Shown here: piece by piece, positions 32,274-39,821 of the stretch
Numbering within the stretch: position 1 is the stretch's first letter
Layout of the letters: every line of letters begins with the position of its first letter
From: Vicinamibacterales bacterium
GTDB taxonomy: Bacteria > Acidobacteriota > Vicinamibacteria > Vicinamibacterales > UBA8438
Assembly: GCA_965223015.1 (NCBI GenBank)
Contig: CBDCVL010000004.1
Coordinates: forward strand, 129,237 to 193,236
Length of the DNA stretch: 64,000 nucleotides
Reading direction: 5' to 3'
Program-made: the position numbers and the translations under genes
The notes under the pieces: generated by a model
What the model saw: only the letters and a program-made list of their open reading frames with translations
The model's database searches: none
What the model was told of the DNA's origin: nothing

Positions 32274-33935
32274 ATGAAGCGATCTCGATCCGGCCGCTCG
32301 GCCGAACCGCTGTCACACTTCGTCGACGAGTATTTGGCCTACTTGCAGGAAACCAATCCCACGGAGGCTGCGTTCGACGGGTGTCACCTGCACGATGACC
32401 TGTTGGACGACTTCTCACGAGAGTCGATCGATTCCCAGGCGCGCGACCTCGGCGGGTGGGTGCGGCGTCTGGAAGGTATCCACGTCGGTTCGTTGATGCC
32501 GGAGGAACGGATTGAGCATCGGGTGCTCGCAGACAGCATCCGCGCTCGACTGTTCAAGCTGGAAGAGCTACGGCCGTGGCAGCGCAGCCCGCTGCATTAT
32601 GCCGAGACACTCGCGAGCAGTGTTGCGGTCCAAGTGCTGTTTGCGCATGCGCCTGTTGCGGAACGCGCCCGGCGCATTGTGTCGAAACTGCGGCAGGCGC
32701 CTCGACTCTTGGAGGCAGCGGAGAAGAACGTCACCGATCCTCCTGGACTCTTCGCCAAGGTCGGGATCGAGGCACTGGAGGGCGTCCTGCAGTTCATCGA
32801 GCAAGATCTCCCGCGTGCGTTTAGAGACCTCGACGACATGCACTTACTCGGTGATCTCGCCGATGCGTCGACCGTCGCGGTCGATTCCCTCCGCGGCTAT
32901 ATCACCCACCTCCGTGAGTCAGTCGCGCCGCGAAGCCGGGCGTCGTTTCGCTTGGGAGCCGACAAATTCTCCCAGATGCTCAGCCTCACCGAGGGAATCG
33001 ACACTCCGGTCGATCGACTGCTTGAGAGCACGCGCCAGGAGCTGAAGGCGACGCAGGAGGAGTTCAAGCGTGTAGCCAGCACGCTCGGGAGCGACTCCCG
33101 GCAGGTGTGGGAAGAGATCAAGACCCGTCACCCAAGCGCTGAGGAATTGCTGGGTGTCGTCAACGCGCAGCTTCAAGATCTCCTGACGTTCGTCCAGCGG
33201 AATCGCATCGTGACCGTTCCGGACCATCAGCCGGTCCGCGTTGCGCCAACTCCAGAGTTCTACCGCTGGACGTTCGCCAGCATGTGGCCTCCGGGCGTTT
33301 TCGAGACGAAGCCCCTTCCCGCGTACTACTACATCACGAATGTCGACCCGTCATGGCCGAATGAACGCCAGGAAGAACATCTTCGCGACTTCAACCACGC
33401 GACGCTCCCATCGATCTCGATTCACGAAGTCTTTCCAGGTCATTTTCTGCACTTCGAACATTTGCGCCGTTTGGAGAAGCCCCTTCGGAAGTCATCGTTC
33501 TTCATGCCGATCTCGCTGGTTGAGGGATGGGCCCACTATTCGGAGCAATTGATGTTCGACCAGGGTTTCGAGAAGGGAAATGCCGAGTTCAGGCTGGGGC
33601 AGCTGGCGGAGGCGCTGATTCGGCTGGCTCGCACGGTCGTCGGGATCAGGCTGCACACTGAAGACCTTTCGGTGGAGCAGGGCGTGCGGATTTTTCGGGA
33701 CGAAGCGTTCCTCGAGGAGAGCAACGCCCGGCGGGAGGCAGAGCGCGGGACGTTCGATCCCCAGTACGTGCTCTACTCGATCGGGAAGCAGATGCTTCTG
33801 CGGTTGCGGTCCGACTGCGAAGCCAAGTTGGGAGCTAGCTTCTCGATGTCTCAGTTCCACGATCAACTGCTCGGGCAGGGCGTCCTGCCATTCTGGGCGC
33901 ATCGCGAGCTCATGCTCGGCGAGCCCCGGGCATGA
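32274..33935 (+). CDS. DUF885 family protein (metallopeptidase-like)
   Basis: Contains SIHEVFPGHFLHFEH and EGWAHYSEQLM. I place the start at ATG 32274 (MKRSRSG) because the track start at 32022 overlaps rsmI on the other strand. Confidence 0.8.
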   Translation: MKRSRSGRSAEPLSHFVDEYLAYLQETNPTEAAFDGCHLHDDLLDDFSRESIDSQARDLGGWVRRLEGIHVGSLMPEERIEHRVLADSIRARLFKLEELRPWQRSPLHYAETLASSVAVQVLFAHAPVAERARRIVSKLRQAPRLLEAAEKNVTDPPGLFAKVGIEALEGVLQFIEQDLPRAFRDLDDMHLLGDLADASTVAVDSLRGYITHLRESVAPRSRASFRLGADKFSQMLSLTEGIDTPVDRLLESTRQELKATQEEFKRVASTLGSDSRQVWEEIKTRHPSAEELLGVVNAQLQDLLTFVQRNRIVTVPDHQPVRVAPTPEFYRWTFASMWPPGVFETKPLPAYYYITNVDPSWPNERQEEHLRDFNHATLPSISIHEVFPGHFLHFEHLRRLEKPLRKSSFFMPISLVEGWAHYSEQLMFDQGFEKGNAEFRLGQLAEALIRLARTVVGIRLHTEDLSVEQGVRIFRDEAFLEESNARREAERGTFDPQYVLYSIGKQMLLRLRSDCEAKLGASFSMSQFHDQLLGQGVLPFWAHRELMLGEPRA

Positions 33936-33984
33936 TTGATTGAGGATGTTGTTCGGCCAGTGCACTAAGATTGACGTTGAATTC

Positions 33985-34344
33985 ATGCCCCTGTATGAGT
34001 ACAAGTGTGACGCGTGCGGCCATCAGTTCGAACTGATCCAGAAGTTCTCCGATCCCCTTGCCTCGACCTGCCCCGAGTGCGGCGCCGCCGTACGCAAGCT
34101 GGTGTCGTCGCCGGCCTTTCAGCTCAAGGGCACCGGTTGGTACGCCACCGACTTCGCTGGCAAGCCAGGCGCTGACAAGAAGGACTCGTCGATAGAGGAG
34201 TCCGCATCGACGAAGAAGGACTCGTCGGACGCGTCGGACACCTCAAAGAAGAAGGACTCAGGCGACAAGAAAACTGGCGACTCGAAGTCGACGCAGACCC
34301 CTTCCTCGACGAAGTCGTCACCCACCGCGGCACCGAAGAAATAG
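33985..34344 (+). CDS. FmdB-family zinc-ribbon protein with a Ser/Lys/Asp-rich tail
   Basis: MPLYEYKCDACGHQFELIQKFSDPLASTCPECGAAVRKL carries the CxxC...CxxC ribbon typical of the family. Confidence 0.8.
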   Translation: MPLYEYKCDACGHQFELIQKFSDPLASTCPECGAAVRKLVSSPAFQLKGTGWYATDFAGKPGADKKDSSIEESASTKKDSSDASDTSKKKDSGDKKTGDSKSTQTPSSTKSSPTAAPKK

Positions 34345-34355
34345 CGGCGTTCGCT

Positions 34356-35225
34356 CTACTCCAACGACGCGAGATACTCACGCAGCGATGGTGCCAGGTC
34401 GGGGCGAGAGAGCCCAAAGTAGGTTAGGGCTTTCAGGTACCCCAGCGTCGTCCCGACGTCGTGGCGCACTCCGGATAGCTCGCAGGCATACAGCTGGCGG
34501 TGCTGGAGCAGTCGCCGTAGGCCGTCGGTGAGCTGAATCTCTCCGCCCGCGTCTGAGCCGGTGTCTTCGAGCGCCCCGAAGAGATCTGGGGTGAGCACAT
34601 ACCGCCCGACCACGCCGAGGTCGGATGGAGCCTTGTCAGGCGCTGGCTTTTCGACGAGGTCGCGGACCTCATAGACGCCGTGACGGATCGGTATTGGGTC
34701 GATGATGCCGTAGCGGCTGACCGCGTCTCGGGGCACTCGCTCGACCAGCACCACCGGCCCGTTGAGCTCAGCGAAGACGTCGCATAGCTGTCGTAGTGCC
34801 GGAGGGTCAGCATCGATCACGTCGTCGGGTAACGCAACGGCGAACGGCGCGTCACCCACCGCGTCCTTGGACATGAGGACGGCATGTCCGAGACCGAGAG
34901 GAGCCGATTGATGGACTGTCGTGACATTAGCCATGGCCGTCACGGCGCGGATGGCCTCCAGCGCCTCGACCTTGCCACGTTCCTCCAGGAGTGCCTCGAG
35001 CTTCGGGTTGGGCGCGAAGTGAGCGGCTGTCATCGTGTTGTCGGGGCTCGTCACGAGAACGACCTCGCGAATCCCGGATCTCACCGCCTCTTCGACGCCA
35101 TACTGGATGACCGGGCGGTCGACCAGTGGAAGCAGCTCCTTTGGAAACGCTTTCGTCGCAGGCAGAATACGTGTTCCGAGGCCCGCTGCCGGGAACACGA
35201 CGGTCCTGGGGGTAGTCGTTCCCAT
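34356..35225 (-). CDS. galU: UTP--glucose-1-phosphate uridylyltransferase
   Basis: From ATG 35225 the sequence reads MGTTTPRTVVFPAAGLGTRILPATKAFPKELLPLVDRPVIQY. The 109 upstream codons of the track ORF have no family similarity. Confidence 0.9.
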   Translation of the reverse strand: MGTTTPRTVVFPAAGLGTRILPATKAFPKELLPLVDRPVIQYGVEEAVRSGIREVVLVTSPDNTMTAAHFAPNPKLEALLEERGKVEALEAIRAVTAMANVTTVHQSAPLGLGHAVLMSKDAVGDAPFAVALPDDVIDADPPALRQLCDVFAELNGPVVLVERVPRDAVSRYGIIDPIPIRHGVYEVRDLVEKPAPDKAPSDLGVVGRYVLTPDLFGALEDTGSDAGGEIQLTDGLRRLLQHRQLYACELSGVRHDVGTTLGYLKALTYFGLSRPDLAPSLREYLASLE

Positions 35226-35240
35226 GTCGGCTGATCGTAC

Positions 35241-35408
35241 CTTAGTACTGCGTTTCACAATTGCGGCAACGCATTGACCAGCGATGCATCCGGCCTCGCG
35301 GCGTTGCTCGTTGGTCGAATACTCCCGGTATTCTCCCTCCTCGCGCCTGGCGAGCCGGGCGCCTCGCCGGCCGAATACGTCACCATAATTGTGAAACGCA
35401 GTACTTAG
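35241..35408. repeat. 168-bp multi-hairpin element bounded by a 22-bp inverted repeat
   Basis: CTTAGTACTGCGTTTCACAATT (35241-35262) pairs with AATTGTGAAACGCAGTACTTAG (35387-35408) at 21 of 22 positions. Inner stems are GCAACGC/GCGTTGC (35266-72 / 35301-07), GAATAC/GTATTC (35317-22 / 35328-33) and GGCGAG/CTCGCC (35349-54 / 35363-68). Confidence 0.8.
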
Positions 35409-35481
35409 TCGAACCATCGCCGCACGAGCGCGAGAGGTCCGTCTACAATTGTGCGGACCGAACGGAAGGAATTGCGACACG

Positions 35482-36774
35482 ATGCTCGATCCTGTCCTGC
35501 TCCGGGAGCAACCAGATGATGTTCGTGCCCGACTCGAACAGCGCGGCGTCAATCTTCGCGATCAGCTCAATTTTCTGACGCGCCTCGACGCAGAGCGCCG
35601 GGAGATCTTGCCGCTGCTCGAGAACGCCCGGCATGCTCGCAAGGAGGTCGGCAGCAAGATCGCCCAGGCGAAGAAGGCGGGAGGCTCGCCCGACGAGCTA
35701 CTGAAGGCGGGCCAACTGTACAGCGAGCAAATCAGAGAGCAGGAAACGAAGCTCGAGAAGGTCGAACGCGAACGGTTTGAGCTGTCGCTGACGCTTCCCA
35801 ACCTTCCGCACGTGAGCGTTCCGGTTGGCAGGACTGAGGCCGAGAATCATGAGGTCCGTCGTTTTGAGGAGCCTCCGACGTTCAGCTTCGAGCCACGGCC
35901 CCACTGGGATCTAGGGCCGGAACTCGGGATCATGGATTTCGAGCGCGGCGCCAAGATAGCTCGCTCGCGCTTCACGGTGCTCCTTGGGGCCGGTGCACGG
36001 CTCGAGCGAGCCCTGATCAACTTCATGCTTGACCTGCACACAGCCGAGCACGGCTACACGGAGGTCGAACCTCCGTTTCTTGCGAATGCGGACGCGCTGA
36101 CCGGGACCGGAAATCTTCCCAAGTTCGAGGACGACCTATTCAAGGTTCGTGGCGATTGGGGGCTCTACCTGATTCCGACTGCCGAGGTTCCGCTGTGCAA
36201 CCTGCACCGCGACGAGATACTTGACGGCTCTGCGCTCCCGATCCGCTATGTGGCGTACACACCGTGCTTTCGAAGCGAAGCCGGATCGTACGGCAAGGAC
36301 GTGCGGGGTCTGATTCGTCAGCATCAGTTCGACAAGGTGGAGTTGGTCGCATACGCGACGCCCGAGAAGTCGTACGAGGTCCACGAGGAATTGACAGGCC
36401 ACGCAGAGGAGGTGCTTCGGCGCCTCGGTCTTCCCTTCCGGACGGTCGTGCTGTGCACCGGCGACATGGGGTTTGCTGCGGCGAAGACATATGACCTGGA
36501 GGTTTGGCTCCCAGGTCAGAACGCGTATCGAGAGATCTCTTCGTGCAGCAATACAGAGGCCTTCCAGGCTCGGCGCGCGAATATCAGGTTCCGGAAGGAG
36601 GGAACGAAGGGAAAGCCGGCACTCGTCCACACGCTCAATGGTTCTGGCGTTGCCGTTGGCCGCGCGCTGATCGCGGTCGTGGAGAACTATCAGCAGGCAG
36701 ACGGATCCGTCGCGATCCCCGAGGTATTGCGTCCGTACATGCGGGGCCAGGAGGTAATCGAGCCCGTGAGGTAG
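35482..36774 (+). CDS. serS: Seryl-tRNA synthetase
   Basis: From ATG 35482 the sequence reads [22 protein letters not shown]. Class II motifs are present ([38 protein letters not shown]). Confidence 0.95.
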   Translation: MLDPVLLREQPDDVRARLEQRGVNLRDQLNFLTRLDAERREILPLLENARHARKEVGSKIAQAKKAGGSPDELLKAGQLYSEQIREQETKLEKVERERFELSLTLPNLPHVSVPVGRTEAENHEVRRFEEPPTFSFEPRPHWDLGPELGIMDFERGAKIARSRFTVLLGAGARLERALINFMLDLHTAEHGYTEVEPPFLANADALTGTGNLPKFEDDLFKVRGDWGLYLIPTAEVPLCNLHRDEILDGSALPIRYVAYTPCFRSEAGSYGKDVRGLIRQHQFDKVELVAYATPEKSYEVHEELTGHAEEVLRRLGLPFRTVVLCTGDMGFAAAKTYDLEVWLPGQNAYREISSCSNTEAFQARRANIRFRKEGTKGKPALVHTLNGSGVAVGRALIAVVENYQQADGSVAIPEVLRPYMRGQEVIEPVR

Positions 36775-36804
36775 AGCGGCAAGTCTACTAGGGCAGAACT
36801 CAAA

Positions 36805-36894
36805 GGAGGGATGGCCGAGCGGTTGAAGGCGGCGGTCTTGAAAACCGTTGAACGTGAAAGCGTTCCCTGGGTTCGAATCCCAGTCCCTCCGCCA
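36805..36894 (+). tRNA. tRNA-Ser (anticodon UGA), with encoded CCA
   Basis: Hand-folded cloverleaf: acceptor GGAGGGA/TCCCTCC, anticodon arm GCGGT-CTTGAAA-ACCGT, a long variable arm, T arm CTGGG-TTCGAAT-CCCAG, and a GCCA end. Confidence 0.95.
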
Positions 36895-37194
36895 CTACAC
36901 ACGAGTTAAATGACTTAAAATAAGATAGTTAGCATATGGAATCGCTATAGATCCCACCTTTTACCCCACAATTGCTGCTGGCTTCTTCGGGCTCTTACTG
37001 GACTTTGATGGACACGCGAGGCGTTGTGCCAGCCGTCGCGAGCTGGCTCTGCTCAGAGAGATCGGACAGCGCGTCGGTAACGTCCCCACCATCAAGTTGA
37101 TCATGCGTACCGGAATCGTCGGCGCGTCAGTAGCACGGCAGCAGAAGATGAGGACGCTGGCTCGTCTTCGGAAGGATCTCGACGCCGGTCCGTA

Positions 37195-37812
37195 TCAGCG
37201 ACCGCCGATGCCGTCCACGATCCGCTCAGCTTCAGCCCGTGTGAAATCACCGTTGATCTTCGCCGATGCGCCGATGATGGCTCTGACAACCGGGGCCATG
37301 ACCACCACCCCGTCAATCAGGATCGCGACCGGCTTCCCGATGTGGCTCGCCGTGGCCTGCCGTATCTTCTGCGTGCCTGCCGCATCGAACTCCACGGCGA
37401 CGCTGAAACGTGACGCCCCGTCGCCCGGAACGACGCGGCTCTGCGCGATATCATCATTCGTGACGATGATCTCGTCGTGCAGATAAATCACACGGTCCGA
37501 CCCGTCTGCCCGTACCCCCCGCAGACCTGGGGCTGGCTGATCCTCTGCGAGCCGCACTTCAAATCTAATCTGCGCTTGCAGCGTCGCGCCTTCTTGTGGC
37601 CAGAGCTGCGAACCAAGGGACATAATGCCGACCACGATCAATGCGACGGTCACCACCAGGGCGATGGGTGAAGGAGCCCATCGGGAAGACGGAGTGATGA
37701 CGCCAGATGCGCCAACGACTGCCTGACGAAGTCGATCACGCTCCTGCTCGAGCCGGTCAGGTTCGTGGCGAAGTGGGTCGGCCTCTCGCAAGGTGTCTCT
37801 AACGGTCTTCAT
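37195..37812 (-). CDS. Putative anti-sigma factor: short cytoplasmic N-terminus, one TM, periplasmic SecD-P1-head-like domain
   Basis: 205-aa ORF overlapping the sigma gene stop by 14 nt. The TM segment is IALVVTVALIVVGIMSL. The C-terminal KPVAILIDGVVVMAPVVRAIIGASAKINGDFTRAEAERIV resembles the SecD/SecF periplasmic head motif. Confidence 0.6.
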   Translation of the reverse strand: MKTVRDTLREADPLRHEPDRLEQERDRLRQAVVGASGVITPSSRWAPSPIALVVTVALIVVGIMSLGSQLWPQEGATLQAQIRFEVRLAEDQPAPGLRGVRADGSDRVIYLHDEIIVTNDDIAQSRVVPGDGASRFSVAVEFDAAGTQKIRQATASHIGKPVAILIDGVVVMAPVVRAIIGASAKINGDFTRAEAERIVDGIGGR

Positions 37813-38359
37813 TGGTGTCTCCCATCTGAGGGTTTACGACGCGAGCCAGCGCGCGGCGACCGACGGACAGATGCCAGCGAACGGTGACATCGCTGATCCC
37901 GAGCAACGATGCAATCATTGAAGTCGTTCGCCCCTCGAGCTCGTGCATGACAACGACGGCGCGACGACGTGGCGGCAACGTGGCAAGGGCGCGCCACACG
38001 GTCTCTCGTGCGATGAAGGCCGCTTCCTGGTTGGCCTCCACTCGCGCGGGGTCGTTTATGTCTCGGTCATGCCGCTGACGACCTCCTATCTTGCGCCACT
38101 GATCGCGTTGGATATTGACGAGCACACGGACGAGCCAGGCCTCCTCACTCGCCATGCCAAGGGGCACAGCCGCGCGGGAGCGAGCGACCTTGAGGAAGGT
38201 GTCCTGTACCAGGTCCAGTGCGTCGTCCGCGTTCGTTGTGAGACGCCGGGCGAGGCGATACAGTCGCTCGTAATGCGCATCGAAGAGGGCAGCCAGCCGA
38301 TCAGCCCGAGGGTCTGGCAAGGCGACCGGAAGGTCTCGGTCCAGTGGCAGCCCGTTCAT
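37799..38359 (-). CDS. ECF (sigma-70 family group 4) RNA polymerase sigma factor
   Basis: 186 aa. Region 2 is LYRLARRLTTNADDALDLVQDTFLKV. Region 4 is LPPRRRAVVVMHELEGRTTSMIASLLGISDVTVRWHLSVGRRAL. Confidence 0.9.
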   Translation of the reverse strand: MNGLPLDRDLPVALPDPRADRLAALFDAHYERLYRLARRLTTNADDALDLVQDTFLKVARSRAAVPLGMASEEAWLVRVLVNIQRDQWRKIGGRQRHDRDINDPARVEANQEAAFIARETVWRALATLPPRRRAVVVMHELEGRTTSMIASLLGISDVTVRWHLSVGRRALARVVNPQMGDTNEDR

Positions 38360-38368
38360 ACCTGTCTA

Positions 38369-38392
38369 GACGACTGACGCCCGGGTTTTGTT
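38369..38392 (-). promoter_or_regulatory. Candidate ECF-type promoter (AAC-N17-CGTC) for the sigma gene
   Basis: The minus strand reads cAACaaaacccgggcgtcagtCGTCtagacaggtATG. The -10-like CGTC ends 9 nt before the start codon, implying a very short or absent leader. Confidence 0.3.
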
Positions 38393-38549
38393 GGTGAGCT
38401 GCCGGCGCTGCGATCGGCCGTCTGGGACGGCGGGACACCGTGGTCACGAAGAGCCGCGCGTTGGGTCCGGACGAGAATCGTGATCGCCTGCTGCGGTGAT
38501 GCCCCTCGGTCGATAGACAGGCCAGACCATGCTATCAGGAGGGACCGCT

Positions 38550-38918
38550 ATGAAACGCCTACTTCTATCCGTCGTGGTCGCCAGTCTTCTGAGCGTTGCC
38601 GTCGCGGCCCAGGAGGCCATCGCCTTTGAGCTGGAGCTGTATCAGAACGCGACCCTGATTGCGTCTCCAACCGTCAAAGTCAGAGACGGCGAAACGGGAT
38701 CGGTTCGTCTTCTCGATCTGTTCAACCTCGCGTTCACGCCCAACCAACTCGACAACGAGATGATCGCCGTCAGCTTCGAGATCCAGAACGGGACCAGGAC
38801 GCTCACGCCGCAGATGGTCCTCGATCGTGCACAGACAGGGACCCTCAACTGGATCACCGCCAATAATGATGGCGACCGGGAGCAGCTCGAAGTAAGGATC
38901 ACTGCCGTGGGCTCCTGA
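38550..38918 (+). CDS. Small secreted protein of unknown function, divergent from the ECF operon
   Basis: Signal peptide MKRLLLSVVVASLLSVAVAAQEA. The mature part of about 100 aa has an alternating beta-strand-like pattern and no family I can name. Confidence 0.55.
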   Translation: MKRLLLSVVVASLLSVAVAAQEAIAFELELYQNATLIASPTVKVRDGETGSVRLLDLFNLAFTPNQLDNEMIAVSFEIQNGTRTLTPQMVLDRAQTGTLNWITANNDGDREQLEVRITAVGS

Positions 38919-39036
38919 CTCCATCGGTCGGAGTGACTCGATTCGCGTTGCGCATGCAGTTCACGGATCTACCTTCAAGAGGCGCTGGAGAATCACGGTC
39001 GTGGCCGGCCGCTATGGACAGTAGAATGGTCTCGTC

Positions 39037-39258
39037 GTGTTGGCACAACTGATCGACCTCTACACGCTCATCGTGTTCGGTGCCGTCATTATTTCCTGGG
39101 CCCAGCTCCCGCCGACGCGCACCGTGGCGATCGTCCTGCACACGCTGACTGAGCCGGTACTCAATCCCGTTCGCCGCGTGCTGCCACCAATGGACGGTCC
39201 TCGACTTCTCGCCCTTCGTGCTGCTGGTCGACCGCAGTTCGTTAGACGACTGCTCTAA
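39037..39258 (+). pseudogene. yggT: YggT-family membrane protein with an apparent internal frame disruption
   Basis: The N-terminal part LIDLYTLIVFGAVIISW...LTEPVLNPVRRVLPPM fits YggT. The conserved following motif LDFSPFVLLV is encoded in the +1 frame (39197 onward), while the annotated frame reads GPRLLALRAAG. Confidence 0.55.
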
Positions 39259-39389
39259 CGTTACACGGTGCCGGAAGGGCACCATCCGCTAATGACCCCC
39301 GGGCGCGATCCAGAGAATCCGAGAGTCTACACTCGTCCGAGAGGCTGGACCTGATAGGGAGCGCTCGCCCTTGGCCTGTTCGCGTGGAC

Positions 39390-39433
39390 TACGAGGTCTT
39401 TCGTATTGACATCTACGAAGATCGTCGTAGAAT
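39390..39433 (+). promoter_or_regulatory. Near-consensus sigma-70 promoter with two tandem TACGA-N6-TCGTA dyads (candidate BlaI operators)
   Basis: The -35 TTGACA is at 39406-39411, followed by a 16-nt spacer and the -10 TAGAAT at 39428-39433. Dyad 1 spans 39390-39405 and dyad 2 spans 39414-39429, with centres 24 bp apart. The -10 ends 7 nt before ATG 39441, consistent with a leaderless mRNA. Confidence 0.55.
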
Positions 39434-39440
39434 GGGTGTC

Positions 39441-39821
39441 ATGATGGCACGTCGCAAGAGACCGACGGATGCGGAGCTCAGGATCCTCCGGGTCTTGTGG
39501 GCACGGGGACGCAGCACCGTCCGAGAGGTGGCGGAGGATATGGGGCGCAGCGATGCGTATACGACGGTGCTGAAACTCCTTCAGATCATGACGGGAAAGC
39601 GACTCGTTCGCCGGGACGAGTCATCGCGCACCCATGTGTACGACGCCATGCATTCCGAGCATGACACCCAGCGCTTGCTCATCCGCGATTTGATCGACCG
39701 GGCGTTCGACGGGTCGGCTGGGAAGCTGGTGGTCCAGGCGCTCGCGTCGAGCAAGGCATCCCCAGAGGAGCTCGCGGAGATTAAGAAGCTGATCGGCACG
39801 CGGCGGAGAGGCACACGGTGA
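39441..39821 (+). CDS. BlaI/MecI/CopY-family winged-helix repressor
   Basis: MMARRKRPTDAELRILRVLWARGRSTVREVAEDM... and a C-terminal dimerisation helix. Its stop overlaps the start of the BlaR1-like gene (GTGA). Confidence 0.85.
   Translation: MMARRKRPTDAELRILRVLWARGRSTVREVAEDMGRSDAYTTVLKLLQIMTGKRLVRRDESSRTHVYDAMHSEHDTQRLLIRDLIDRAFDGSAGKLVVQALASSKASPEELAEIKKLIGTRRRGTR

Noticed and set aside
35226-35481. T-box leader for serS
   Set aside because: There is no AATTAGGGTGGTACCGCG-like T-box sequence or recognisable specifier loop. The element is kept as an unexplained structure instead.
34356-35552. 398-aa version of galU and the 32022 start of the DUF885 gene
   Set aside because: The N-terminal extensions have no similarity to the families. 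They overlap the structured intergenic element and rsmI respectively. Internal Met codons at 35225 and 32274 give canonical N-termini.
36895-37194. Integrase or prophage border directly after tRNA-Ser
   Set aside because: Only an AT-rich 80-nt stretch and a 36-codon ORF without similarity are present. I found no tyrosine-recombinase motifs and no direct repeat of the tRNA 3' end in the window.
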